Assembly: GCA_046497275.1 (NCBI GenBank) | Contig: JAWOFX010000097.1 | Span: 1-32,000 of the forward strand | From: Promethearchaeia archaeon | Lineage (GTDB): Archaea > Asgardarchaeota > Lokiarchaeia > Sigyniarchaeales > SOKP01 | Length of the DNA stretch: 32,000 nucleotides | Reading direction: 5' to 3' | Part shown: piece after piece, positions 1 to 8,970 of the stretch | How positions within the stretch are numbered: position 1 is the stretch's first letter | Layout: each line of letters begins with the position of its first letter | Made by a program: the position numbers and the translations under genes | Notes under the pieces: model-generated | What the model was told of the DNA's origin: nothing | What the model saw: the letters and a program-made list of their open reading frames with translations, nothing else | The model's database searches: none

Positions 1-1398
1 TACCGGATCACGGAGTTCTTCTCCCCGTGCCCTTGGGTCTCGGTGGCAGATTTGAGCCCCGTCCATTTTCGGGGCCATATTTCTCGGCAAATGAGTTGTT
101 ACACACTCGTTAGGAAGTGGCTACTTCTATACCTATCCTTTTGCTGTCTTAGAAATATGACGCCCTTTCGTTTAACACTTAACCTGCACTTTGGGACCTT
201 AACCCAAGTCTAGGTTGTTCCCTTCTCGGCGACGGACTTTACGCCCGCCAACCCGTTTCCCAGAGTCTACAGCGCCAGCAGCTTCGGAGTTTAAGAGAGG
301 GGTGAAGGATCTCTCCTCCAGACTCCTCAATTAGTGCTCTACGCCACTGGCCACCTCGTCTGAGACTTGGCTGAGACCAACTTCGGAAGGAACCAGCTAT
401 TACCGATCTAGATTAGCCTTTTGCTCCTATTCCCAGTTCATCCAAACGAATTGTACGTCAGTACTGGTGCAGACCTCCATCGTCCTTTCGAACGACTTCA
501 TCTTAACCAGGAATAGATCGACCGGCTTCGGGTCTTGCAGCAGCGACTTTAGGCCCTTTAAGACCATTCCTCTGACCTAACTCCTTAGAAGATATCAATA
601 ATCCTTAGGGTAACGGCAAAACCGTACCAAAAGAATTAGGTCAATCTAATGTGATAATTAGGCTGCAGGAATATTGGTTTCCCTATGCCTACGTGGATTA
701 ACCACTTAAGCTCGCCTCTACTACAAACTCCCTGGCCAATGATTCCAGACTGATGATGCAACCCTAGTCCTCTACATTATGATATTCCGTCACCAGAACT
801 CATTCTTGCAGAATCTATCCTTCCAGGCTGCATCCTTACTAAGCTATTTGGTTTCAAGCGCTTTTCACGGCCCTTCCGGGTTTCTTTTCATCTTTAGCTC
901 ACGCTACTACTACACTATCGGTCTTGGGACATATTTAGATTTGCCAATGTGTATCTGGCATTTTCATACGAGAAAACTATCCCGCATTACTCGGGGACAC
1001 TCGCAGCAACCTTCCAATTTACAGTTACGCGGCTATCACGCTCTATGGCTCCGCTTTCCAGGGGTATTCACTTTCAATGGTTAGGTCGTACGAGGCCCAC
1101 ACACCACATTTCCACCAGATTTCTCTGGGGATTCGGTTTGATCTGTTCCGCTTTCGCTCGCCGTTACTCACGGAATCACTCTTGTTTTCTTTTCCTCCCG
1201 ATACTAAAATGTTTTACTTCTCGGGGTTCCCCTTCTCACAGGAGAATCTTGCGGATTATTGAGCCGCAAGCGGATGTCCTATTGAAGAATCTCGGGGTCA
1301 AAGTCTACATGCGACTAACCCGAGCTTATCGCAGCTTGTCACGCTCTTCATCGGTGCCCAAGCCGAGATATCCACCAAACAGCGAAGGCGTATTGGCA
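1..1398 (-). rRNA. rrl: 23S (LSU) rRNA, 5' portion (domains I-II); continues beyond the left edge of the window
   Basis: The reverse complement contains conserved LSU motifs: GGTGGATATCTCGGCTTGGGCACCGATGAAGAGCGTGACAAGCTGCGATAAGC near the 5' end, GACCGATAGTG, GGGAAACC, GACCCGAAGCCGGTCGATCTA and TAGCTGGTTCCTTCCGAAG. The 5' end is approximate, placed by analogy about 22 nt before GGTGGA. Confidence 0.96.
566..675 (-). other. Enlarged, branched LSU expansion segment ES9 (about 110 nt) within the 23S rRNA
   Basis: Insertion between the conserved GGGAAACC and GGTCTTAAAGGGCC blocks. Helices read by eye: ATTCCT/AGGAAT, CTAAT/ATTAG, and a 14-bp TGACCTAATTCTTT/AAGGAGTTAGGTCA stem enclosing two further hairpins. 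Confidence 0.8.
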
Positions 1399-1746
1399 TC
1401 TAATCAGGGAAAGGTTCAGAGAGCTCACGCATAGGTTATTGTCGTGTATGAGATTATACGATCTCAAAACAATTAAAATTTGAGACGATTTCAAAGAAGA
1501 CCTATTCCATATTTAATCTAAATAATATGAAATAAAATTCTTTGGGGAGTGTTCCTATGAGCATGATTCTTCTCATGCTTGGCACGGTATCCTTAAGCAA
1601 CCCAAGGAAAAGTGTTTAGTAATCTTATGGTTGCATAAGCACCTATTTCCTGTCGTATCGAATATTCGATTAGACTTCCATAGAGCCATGCCAGTTATCG
1701 GTGATATTTCATCACACGGATGAAATATGGAACCATCCAATAACTT
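1399..1746 (-). ncRNA. Structured 5' external transcribed leader of the 23S pre-rRNA
   Basis: Non-coding, higher GC than flanking intergenic DNA, and rich in inverted repeats (ATATTTCATC/GATGAAATAT, AGCATGA/TCATGCT, CAAAGAA/TTCTTTG, CATATT/AATATG, CTTATG/CATAAG). The outer helix AGTTATTGG/CCGATAACT closes with a G-U pair only on the minus strand. Confidence 0.6.
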
Positions 1747-1755
1747 GCGATGAAT

Positions 1756-1780
1756 CTTATAAATACTTTCTTATAATATC
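1756..1780 (-). promoter_or_regulatory. Candidate archaeal promoter(s) (BRE/TATA) for the 23S transcript
   Basis: The minus strand reads GATATTATAAGAAAGTATTTATAAG: two TATA-like boxes, the second preceded by purine-rich GAAAG, immediately upstream of the structured leader. Confidence 0.5.
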
Positions 1781-2089
1781 TAATTCATCGACAAATATTT
1801 TAAGTAATTTGAATATTAAAAGTTTTACGGTTTGGAAACCATAAACTTTAATAGATTAAATAGCGAAGCAATAAATTTATTAATAGATAAATATGGGGGC
1901 CTTTTCTAGAATTTGAAAACAATTTAAGATAAAAAATGAAAAATCCTTCTTTTTATGAGGAGATATTTTTTTAGAGCGATGAATACTAATTTAACTAAAG
2001 AGAGAAATAAATTAATATTTTCTAAGAGGAAATATTATATTCTTTTGGCTGAAAATCATATAATGAGATAAATTAATGAATGCGAGAAA

Positions 2090-2962
2090 ATGTCAGAGAA
2101 AACATATATAGGATGCTCGGGTTGGAGTTATGATGATTGGGTCGGTCCCTTTTACCCTAAATCTCTCAACAATAAAGATTATCTAAATTATTATTCAAAA
2201 ATCTTTTATACTAATGAAATAAACACTACATTTTATAATATTCCTTCGAAGTGGATAGTAGAAAGCTGGGTTAAAAGAACACCCGATGATTTTGTGTTCT
2301 CAGCAAAAATTCCCAAAATAATCACTCATGAAAATAAATTAGACCTGAAAGAATGCCATCATCATTTAGATGTTTATTTGAAAGTTATGAATCCTCTCAT
2401 TGAATCTAATAAACTTTTAGCGTTTCTTATTCAATTGCCTCCCTCGTTTAATAAAAAAGATCATTTTGAGAATTTGATATCCTTTATTAATGAATGGCCA
2501 ACAGATTATGAAAATGAGCCTTATCATTTAGTTGTGGAATTTAGAAATAAATCGTGGTTAGAGGAAGAGACATTTAATTATCTAAAAAAAAATTCATTAA
2601 CGTATTGCGCAGTGATCGAACCCAAATTGCCGCCAAGAATGGATATCACAAATACAGACCTTGCATATATTAGATTTCATGGCTTTGGAAAAAAAATTTG
2701 GTTCGATTACTTATTTAGTGATGAAGAAATAGAGAAATATTCTCAAATGGTAAAAGAAGTGATTTCATCTGCTAGAACTGTAGGAATTTACTTTAATAAT
2801 CATTTTTCGGGATATGCGCCTAAGAACTCATTAATGATGATGGATAAACTAAATTTGAGTCCGAGAAATACTCTTGAAGAGATAGATATATTAGAAGTTA
2901 AAAAAAAGTCAGGAACGATTTCAAAAGGACAAACGAGTTTGGATAAGTACTTTTCAAATTAA
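2090..2962 (+). CDS. DUF72 (YecE-like) domain protein
   Basis: N-terminal IGCSGWSY-x-x-W-x-G-x-FYP, EINTTFY, FSAKIPKIITH, LIQLPPSF, VVEFRN-x-SW, YIRFHG and YFNNH match DUF72 motifs. Confidence 0.9.
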   Translation: MSEKTYIGCSGWSYDDWVGPFYPKSLNNKDYLNYYSKIFYTNEINTTFYNIPSKWIVESWVKRTPDDFVFSAKIPKIITHENKLDLKECHHHLDVYLKVMNPLIESNKLLAFLIQLPPSFNKKDHFENLISFINEWPTDYENEPYHLVVEFRNKSWLEEETFNYLKKNSLTYCAVIEPKLPPRMDITNTDLAYIRFHGFGKKIWFDYLFSDEEIEKYSQMVKEVISSARTVGIYFNNHFSGYAPKNSLMMMDKLNLSPRNTLEEIDILEVKKKSGTISKGQTSLDKYFSN

Positions 2963-2981
2963 ATTTTTTAAATGGCTTTCA

Positions 2982-3989
2982 TTGAGTTTATCAACTATGA
3001 ATGAGCAAACTATCACTATAGGTGTCATTGGAGCGGGATCCATAGGAAGTCTATTTGGAGGATACTTAGCAAGCATCTCTTCTGATGAATATGAGATAAA
3101 TGTTTTCTTTTTTGGAAGAGAAGCTCATATTAATGCAATAAATGAAAATGGTTTATTGATACAAACGAAAACAGATAATATTAGAATTAAGAATATCATT
3201 GGATATACGAATCCTAAGGATTTTCTGAGAATTAACGAAAATATACGGTTCAATTTTATATTTCTTACCACAAAAGCGTATGATATTAGTAGTGCTTTAA
3301 TTGAATATAAGGAATTGATTTCTTTAACAGATTGGCTCATAATTTTACAAAATGGAATAGGTAATGAGGAAATTGCTAAAGATCTTATTTTAGATTCAAA
3401 AATTATTCGAGCAATTACATCCCATGGGGCTTTATTGACTGAAAGCGGTACTGTGAAACATACTGGAGAAGGTTTTACTAAAATAGGGTTTCCATTTAAA
3501 AAAACTATTAAAAAAGACCAAAAAGAACAAGGTTATAATCCCTTAGAATTATTGAAATCATTATTTTCGAATGCGGGTATAAAAATCGAGATAGAAGATG
3601 ATATTATTAGAAATTGTTGGGAAAAAGTTTTTGTCAATATTGGAATTAATGCGGTCGGGGCTCTCACCAGATTAAGGAATGGAGAACTATTGGAACGGAA
3701 AGAATTAAAGAAATTAATGAGAGAAGGTATAAATGAAGCGATAATGATAGCAAGGTTAAAAAAAATCAAGTTAACGGATAAAGATTTTGTGAAATTATGT
3801 TTTAATGTAGCAAAAAAGACAAAAAATAATATAAATTCAATGTTGCAAGATATTATGAAAGGAAAGAGAACCGAAATCGATTTTATGAATGGCAGGATAT
3901 TAAAATATGCTCAAGAATTTGAAGTAGATGTTCCAATAAATAGAGTGTTAACAATTTTAATAAAAGGATTAGAAAACTCTAATCTTTAA
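2982..3989 (+). CDS. panE: 2-dehydropantoate 2-reductase (ketopantoate reductase)
   Basis: Rossmann motif IGAGSIGSLFGG, TKAYD, LQNGIGNEE, WEKVFVNIGIN, NSMLQD and TEIDFMNG. The track start is TTG; ATG at 2997 is an alternative. Confidence 0.92.
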   Translation: MSLSTMNEQTITIGVIGAGSIGSLFGGYLASISSDEYEINVFFFGREAHINAINENGLLIQTKTDNIRIKNIIGYTNPKDFLRINENIRFNFIFLTTKAYDISSALIEYKELISLTDWLIILQNGIGNEEIAKDLILDSKIIRAITSHGALLTESGTVKHTGEGFTKIGFPFKKTIKKDQKEQGYNPLELLKSLFSNAGIKIEIEDDIIRNCWEKVFVNIGINAVGALTRLRNGELLERKELKKLMREGINEAIMIARLKKIKLTDKDFVKLCFNVAKKTKNNINSMLQDIMKGKRTEIDFMNGRILKYAQEFEVDVPINRVLTILIKGLENSNL

Positions 3990-4000
3990 AAGGGGGTTTC

Positions 4001-4528
4001 TTATTTTCGTACCATATAATAGGCATTTTCCCCATCCCGATAATAGGCTTTTTTTATGGTTTGAATCTCAAATCCTAAACTTTTATATAAATTTATGGCT
4101 GGATAATTGGATACTCGAACTTCAAGCACGTATTCAGAAATTCCTTTTTGCTTAATTGCTGGCATACTCTTTTTTAAAAGTTCTGTAGCAACACTTTTCC
4201 TCCTATAACCTTCAGAAACAGCAATACTTACTAAATGACCTTTATTAATTAATTTCAGAGTGTTAGTCGAGGGAGTACGTTCGATTCTCCACATCACATA
4301 TCCAATAATTTTCTCAAAGTTGTTTGATGCGCAAGCGATTAAAAAAGAATCGGGATAATTATCTAATATACTTTTGTAGAAAAAATAAGGATAATCTTCT
4401 GGTAATTCCCTTTCATTAACTTCAATAACTCCATCCAAATCATCGGAGGTACATCTGCGAATAATGAAATCTTTTTTATTTTCTCGTAAGCCAAAAATGT
4501 TGGTCTTTGATTCTTTATCGGTTCCCAT
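4001..4528 (-). CDS. rimI: RimI/Ard1-type protein N-acetyltransferase (GNAT)
   Basis: LPEDYP, GHLVSIAV...YRRK, LEVRVSNYPAINLYKSLGF and YYRDGENAYYM are typical of the Ard1/Naa10/RimI family. Confidence 0.88.
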   Translation of the reverse strand: MGTDKESKTNIFGLRENKKDFIIRRCTSDDLDGVIEVNERELPEDYPYFFYKSILDNYPDSFLIACASNNFEKIIGYVMWRIERTPSTNTLKLINKGHLVSIAVSEGYRRKSVATELLKKSMPAIKQKGISEYVLEVRVSNYPAINLYKSLGFEIQTIKKAYYRDGENAYYMVRK

Positions 4529-4615
4529 GGCAATAATCGACCTTTAAGAGTAAATATAATATATTAATAATTTTAATACTTTTAATCTTTTTTGAATGGT
4601 AAAACAAAATAACGG

Positions 4616-5413
4616 CTAAATGTCCTTGAAAGCATCAGTTTTTTGAGTTTCAATATATTTAATAATTAAATCTAATGATTCTTGAATATTTTTTTTATTA
4701 TTAAAATTTTCTAAAATTGATTGAAGATCATCTTTTGATAATTCCTTTAATTCCTTTGCCTTTTTAATCATTAGAGGTAAAGCCCGAATAATATTATCCA
4801 CGATAGTAATATCAGCCCATAAAGCAGTTCTACTGATAGGATTTAAATCAATAGATATCACTTGTTTTCCTATTTTTTTAAGTGCTTCAGTTCGATCTCC
4901 ATCTTCTAAGGGTACAAAAACGAGGTCTGCTTTTTTAATTCCATCTGGATCAACTTTTCGGCGATTACTAGATAATTCTTCAATTTCTACCATTTCATTT
5001 TCTTTTGTTCCAAGAAGTCTTTTCGCACCTGAATTTTTTAGTACTTTCTTGATTGCTTGAATTCTGCCTTCTTTCCTGTAAAAAAGATTAATTTCTAGAG
5101 GGGCATTAATCACTTTTGAAAACTTAACCAAATCATTGGGAACAAGAGCTGCAACATTTCCATTTACGCTGATAACTGGATCTTCAGACAATAAAAATGC
5201 CGCAACTGCAGCTTCAATGGCATTTTTTGCTGCTTCATTTGTTTTCTCTCCAATGATGTAGTCAAAACTTTCCCCTCTTCCATGTGCGATTAATCCGGCT
5301 TCAGCAACAACTAAATTCTTCATTCCTTCAATAATTTTATGGCGATTTTTTAAACTTTCATATCTTGGATGATCCTTTGGAATGGAATTGGTTTTTTCTT
5401 GTTTTCTTGTCAA
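4616..5413 (-). CDS. 4-phosphopantoate--beta-alanine ligase (phosphopantothenate synthetase, DUF137)
   Basis: IPKDHPRYESL, GLIAHGRGESFDYIIGE, ISVNGN, VPLEDGDRTEAL and IDLNPISRTA are diagnostic of archaeal PPS. Confidence 0.93.
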   Translation of the reverse strand: MTRKQEKTNSIPKDHPRYESLKNRHKIIEGMKNLVVAEAGLIAHGRGESFDYIIGEKTNEAAKNAIEAAVAAFLLSEDPVISVNGNVAALVPNDLVKFSKVINAPLEINLFYRKEGRIQAIKKVLKNSGAKRLLGTKENEMVEIEELSSNRRKVDPDGIKKADLVFVPLEDGDRTEALKKIGKQVISIDLNPISRTALWADITIVDNIIRALPLMIKKAKELKELSKDDLQSILENFNNKKNIQESLDLIIKYIETQKTDAFKDI

Positions 5414-5507
5414 TATTCAACAAATCCGATTATTTCATGCTTTATAATTGTAGAAAATAATACAAAAGTTAATAGTTTTTGTAATATTTTTAAATTCGTA
5501 GATTAAT

Positions 5508-6782
5508 ATGAGCCAAGATACTAAGAAAAAAGGTAAGGATCTAAAAAGATATAGGACAAAAAAATTAATAGGACATCTTAGAGATAAAAAAGGATTCCAT
5601 ACAGAACTCATTTCCCTATATATTCCACCAGATAAGAAAGTTTCTGATGTGACTAACTATTTAAAAAATGAGGTTAGTGAAAGTCAGAATATTAAATCTA
5701 AATTAACTAGAAAAAACGTTTTAGATTCAATCTCAACCTTGCTTGGGCAATTGAAAAATTTTAATCAAATTCCAGAAAGTGGGATTATTATGTTTTCTGG
5801 GGCAATACCTCAAAATGATACTCCTGGCACAGAAAAAAATGAGTTATATATTGTAGAACCTCCAGATGTTGTTAATACATTCCGATATCATTGTAATAGT
5901 GAATTTTTATTATGGCCTTTGGAAGACATGCTTCAAGAAAAAGCTACTTATGGATTGATTGTAATAGGGCGTCAAGAGTCCGCTGTGGGATATGTAAAAG
6001 GAAATAGAGTAGAAGTGATTAGAGAGTTTACATCTGGAATCCATAGTAAACATCGAGCAGGGGGTCAATCACAAAGAAGATTCGAAAGATTAATTGAAGA
6101 AGGAGAAAAACGATTTTATAGGAGAATATCTAATGAAATTAATAAAATATTTTTAGATATGGAAGATCTTAGAGGCATATTCATTGGTGGTCCAGGCCCC
6201 TCAAAAGAGAAATTTGTAAATGATGAAAGTCTGGATTATAGATTGCGGGAGAAAATATTGGACGTAGTTGATCTTGGCTATGGTGGCTCAGAAGGAATAC
6301 GCGCATTATTGGAACGTGTTAAAGATAAAATAGAAGATATCAAATACATTCAAGAGAAAAAAATAATGCAAAAATTTATGAGTGAAATCACAAGTGATTC
6401 AGGATTAGCAACCTATGGAATCAAAGAAGTCGAAAAAGGTTTAAATTATGGTGCCGTTGATACTTTAATAATATCAGAGAAATTAGATTTATATAGAGTC
6501 AAATTAAAGTGTTCTAATTGTGATTATATCGAATATCGTATTATCAAAGAAGATGAGTTTGAAGACACCGAGACAATTATTCAAGATGAAGTCTGTCCAA
6601 AATGCAGTTCTAACTCATTTGGATTAGAAGGAAATAAACCTTTAATTGAAGCTTTTGGAGAACTGGCAGAAAGTACAGGCGCAGATATTGAAATTATCTC
6701 AACTGAAACCGAGGAGGGAGAAACTCTTTATAGTACTTTTGGTGGTGTAGTAGCTTTATTGCGATATAAATTCTCTTATTAA
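5508..6782 (+). CDS. prf1: Peptide chain release factor aRF1
   Basis: NIKS motif, YxCxxxF (YHCNSEF), GGQ motif (HRAGGQSQRRF), TELISLYIPP, C-terminal FGGVVALLRY, and a CxxC...CxxC Zn-ribbon insert. Confidence 0.97.
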   Translation: MSQDTKKKGKDLKRYRTKKLIGHLRDKKGFHTELISLYIPPDKKVSDVTNYLKNEVSESQNIKSKLTRKNVLDSISTLLGQLKNFNQIPESGIIMFSGAIPQNDTPGTEKNELYIVEPPDVVNTFRYHCNSEFLLWPLEDMLQEKATYGLIVIGRQESAVGYVKGNRVEVIREFTSGIHSKHRAGGQSQRRFERLIEEGEKRFYRRISNEINKIFLDMEDLRGIFIGGPGPSKEKFVNDESLDYRLREKILDVVDLGYGGSEGIRALLERVKDKIEDIKYIQEKKIMQKFMSEITSDSGLATYGIKEVEKGLNYGAVDTLIISEKLDLYRVKLKCSNCDYIEYRIIKEDEFEDTETIIQDEVCPKCSSNSFGLEGNKPLIEAFGELAESTGADIEIISTETEEGETLYSTFGGVVALLRYKFSY

Positions 6783-6989
6783 AGAGAAGAAAAATAGAAT
6801 TAAAAAGGAAATACTACAAGTTTATAATAACATTTATTGACTTATAATTAAAAAAGGTTAATTATTGATTATCCATGAAATTAGAAGAAAATTTCGATGA
6901 GTTAAGTATTGCGGGAAGGTTTAAAGAGTATGATTGTATAATCTTGGCACCTCATATTAAAGAGAATTCAAAATGGGGGTCGATATAAT

Positions 6990-7973
6990 ATGGAATTAAA
7001 AGATATTCTATTAAATCTGCAAATGGTTATGTTTGGGGGCAAGGGTGGTGTTGGAAAGACAAGTTGTGCCACTAGCTCTGCTATATGGGCAGCAGAGCAT
7101 GGTAAAAGAACCTTAATAATCAGTACAGATCCCGCTCATTCGCTTGGAGATAGTTTGGGATTAGAATTACCCCCGGGAGAGCCCACCCTTGTAAAAGAAG
7201 TAGAAAATTTAACCGCTTTAGAAATTAACCCGAAAGCAAATATGTCAGAGTTCGAAGGAATGACGAATATCAATCCAATAGAAGAAATGGGAATCCCTGG
7301 AATGGGAGAAATGGGGATGTTTGGAGAATTACAAGAGCTTTCCTCGATGAATCCTCCTGGAATTGATGAGGCACTAGCTTTTGCTAAAGTCTTGGAATTT
7401 ATTGAAACAGACCATGATTATGATCTTATAATCTTTGATACAGCTCCAACAGGGCATACTTTGAGATTTTTAGGACTTCCAGAAACTTTATCGGGATGGA
7501 TTGGTAAATTGTTGAAATTGCGATTAAAAATTGGGAATATTTTTGGATCTATAAAAAGTTTTTTCAGCCGAAGTGAAGAAGAAGAGGATGAGGGGAATTC
7601 TCTGGAGTTATTAGAAAAATTGAATGAATCAATAAAAAATGCCCGAGATGACTTAATGAATCCTTCTGTGAATTCATTTATTATTGTTATGATACCAGAG
7701 GAAATGGCAATAGCAGAAACGGGGCGTCTAATTAATCAATTAATAAAATATCAAATTCCCTCCTCTAATATTATTGTAAATCAATTATTTCCAGATACTC
7801 ATGAGTTATGTGATTTTTGTGAAAGTAGAAGAAATATGCAGCAAAAGCATTTAAAAAGAATAAAGGAGATATTTGGAGAGAAAATGAATAAAAATGTCGT
7901 TGAAGTTCCTCTTTTTAAAGAGGAGATCAGAGAATACCAGATGCTAAAAAAAATGGCAGAATTTTTAGTATAA
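6990..7973 (+). CDS. Get3/TRC40-like single-domain ArsA-family ATPase
   Basis: P-loop GGKGGVGKT, STDPAHSL, PPGIDEAL, DTAPTGHTLRFL and C-terminal CDFC (CxxC) followed by RRNMQQKHL. Confidence 0.88.
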   Translation: MELKDILLNLQMVMFGGKGGVGKTSCATSSAIWAAEHGKRTLIISTDPAHSLGDSLGLELPPGEPTLVKEVENLTALEINPKANMSEFEGMTNINPIEEMGIPGMGEMGMFGELQELSSMNPPGIDEALAFAKVLEFIETDHDYDLIIFDTAPTGHTLRFLGLPETLSGWIGKLLKLRLKIGNIFGSIKSFFSRSEEEEDEGNSLELLEKLNESIKNARDDLMNPSVNSFIIVMIPEEMAIAETGRLINQLIKYQIPSSNIIVNQLFPDTHELCDFCESRRNMQQKHLKRIKEIFGEKMNKNVVEVPLFKEEIREYQMLKKMAEFLV

Positions 7974-7986
7974 TAAAACAATCTAT

Positions 7987-8967
7987 TTAACTGATATCAT
8001 CTATTAATTTACAGTAATTGCATATCTTATTATTAGTTGGATATCCACAAATTAAACAGTTGTTAGAAATTGAATTATTATATTCATTATTCAAGATTTC
8101 GGATAACTCAAGAAATCCATTAAAGAGATTGAATTCTATTTCAGGGCTATGGATCTTCAAATTCGTTATGAAATCTAAGACCTTTTTTCTTAAAATTGGA
8201 TATTCTTTTCTGTATGGACACTTTATTTCATAATATTCGAAATTATTCAGATTAGCATAAAGAGCAACTTCATTCTCAGGAAGTTTCATTAACGGATTAA
8301 TTTTTCTTAAATAAAATTCATTAATTGATTTATCTCCTTCGGATAATGAGTTTTGAGCAATGAGATTGAATCTTTTATATAATATATTCATAAGAAAAGT
8401 TTCAGAAAAGTCTGTTAGATTATGACCTAGAGCTAATATTGTTCCCCCCAAATCTTTAGCAATATCATTTAATAATCTACGTCTAATAATGGCACAATAA
8501 TTACATGGAAATCTAAAATCAAAGTCTTCTTTCTTAATTTCTATTATTTCATCAAGCGTTTTACCAATTTTCTCTTTAAAAGAATATATTTTATGAGATA
8601 CCTTATATTTTTTACAAAAATTTTGAGCGGTATCAATTCTCTCACTACTATATTTATCAATACCTTCATTTATCGAAATAGCAATAAGAGGCTTTGAATT
8701 AAAAGTGCTTTTTTGAATTTTAATTAAATTGTATAATAAAGCAATAGAATCTTTCCCTCCTGAGAGAGCAACAATTATTTTATCATCAGGAGATAACATA
8801 TTATACTTCGAAATAGTCTTATTTATGATAGTTTCAACACTGTTTATAAAACATTGACTACATAAGTTCTGTCCGGAATGCTTTCTGACATACACAGACT
8901 TATTTTTTCCACATAAATCGCAAAAAGCGAATATAGATTTTTTAGTATTAATTTTATTTTCTTTCAT
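7987..8967 (-). CDS. ncsA: tRNA 2-thiolation protein, NcsA/TtuA/Ctu1 family (TIGR00269-like)
   Basis: N-terminal Zn finger (CDLC...CSQC), PP-loop ALSGGKDS, CNYCAIIRR, GHNLTD, CPY and a C-terminal CLICG...CNYC. Confidence 0.88.
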   Translation of the reverse strand: MKENKINTKKSIFAFCDLCGKNKSVYVRKHSGQNLCSQCFINSVETIINKTISKYNMLSPDDKIIVALSGGKDSIALLYNLIKIQKSTFNSKPLIAISINEGIDKYSSERIDTAQNFCKKYKVSHKIYSFKEKIGKTLDEIIEIKKEDFDFRFPCNYCAIIRRRLLNDIAKDLGGTILALGHNLTDFSETFLMNILYKRFNLIAQNSLSEGDKSINEFYLRKINPLMKLPENEVALYANLNNFEYYEIKCPYRKEYPILRKKVLDFITNLKIHSPEIEFNLFNGFLELSEILNNEYNNSISNNCLICGYPTNNKICNYCKLIDDIS

Positions 8968-8970
8968 TTA

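Noticed and set aside
755-834. Helix 25 / ES7 region of about 80 nt as a second supersized expansion
   Set aside because: Archaea generally have an extended H25. Without an alignment I cannot show that this one is an outlier.
779-1434. Three + strand ORFs (779-1084, 949-1434, 1077-1262)
   Set aside because: They are antisense to the 23S rRNA and have no protein-like motifs; these are shadow ORFs of GC-richer rRNA.
6990-7973. Arsenite-resistance ArsA
   Set aside because: Single-domain protein with Get3-like features and no ars operon genes nearby.
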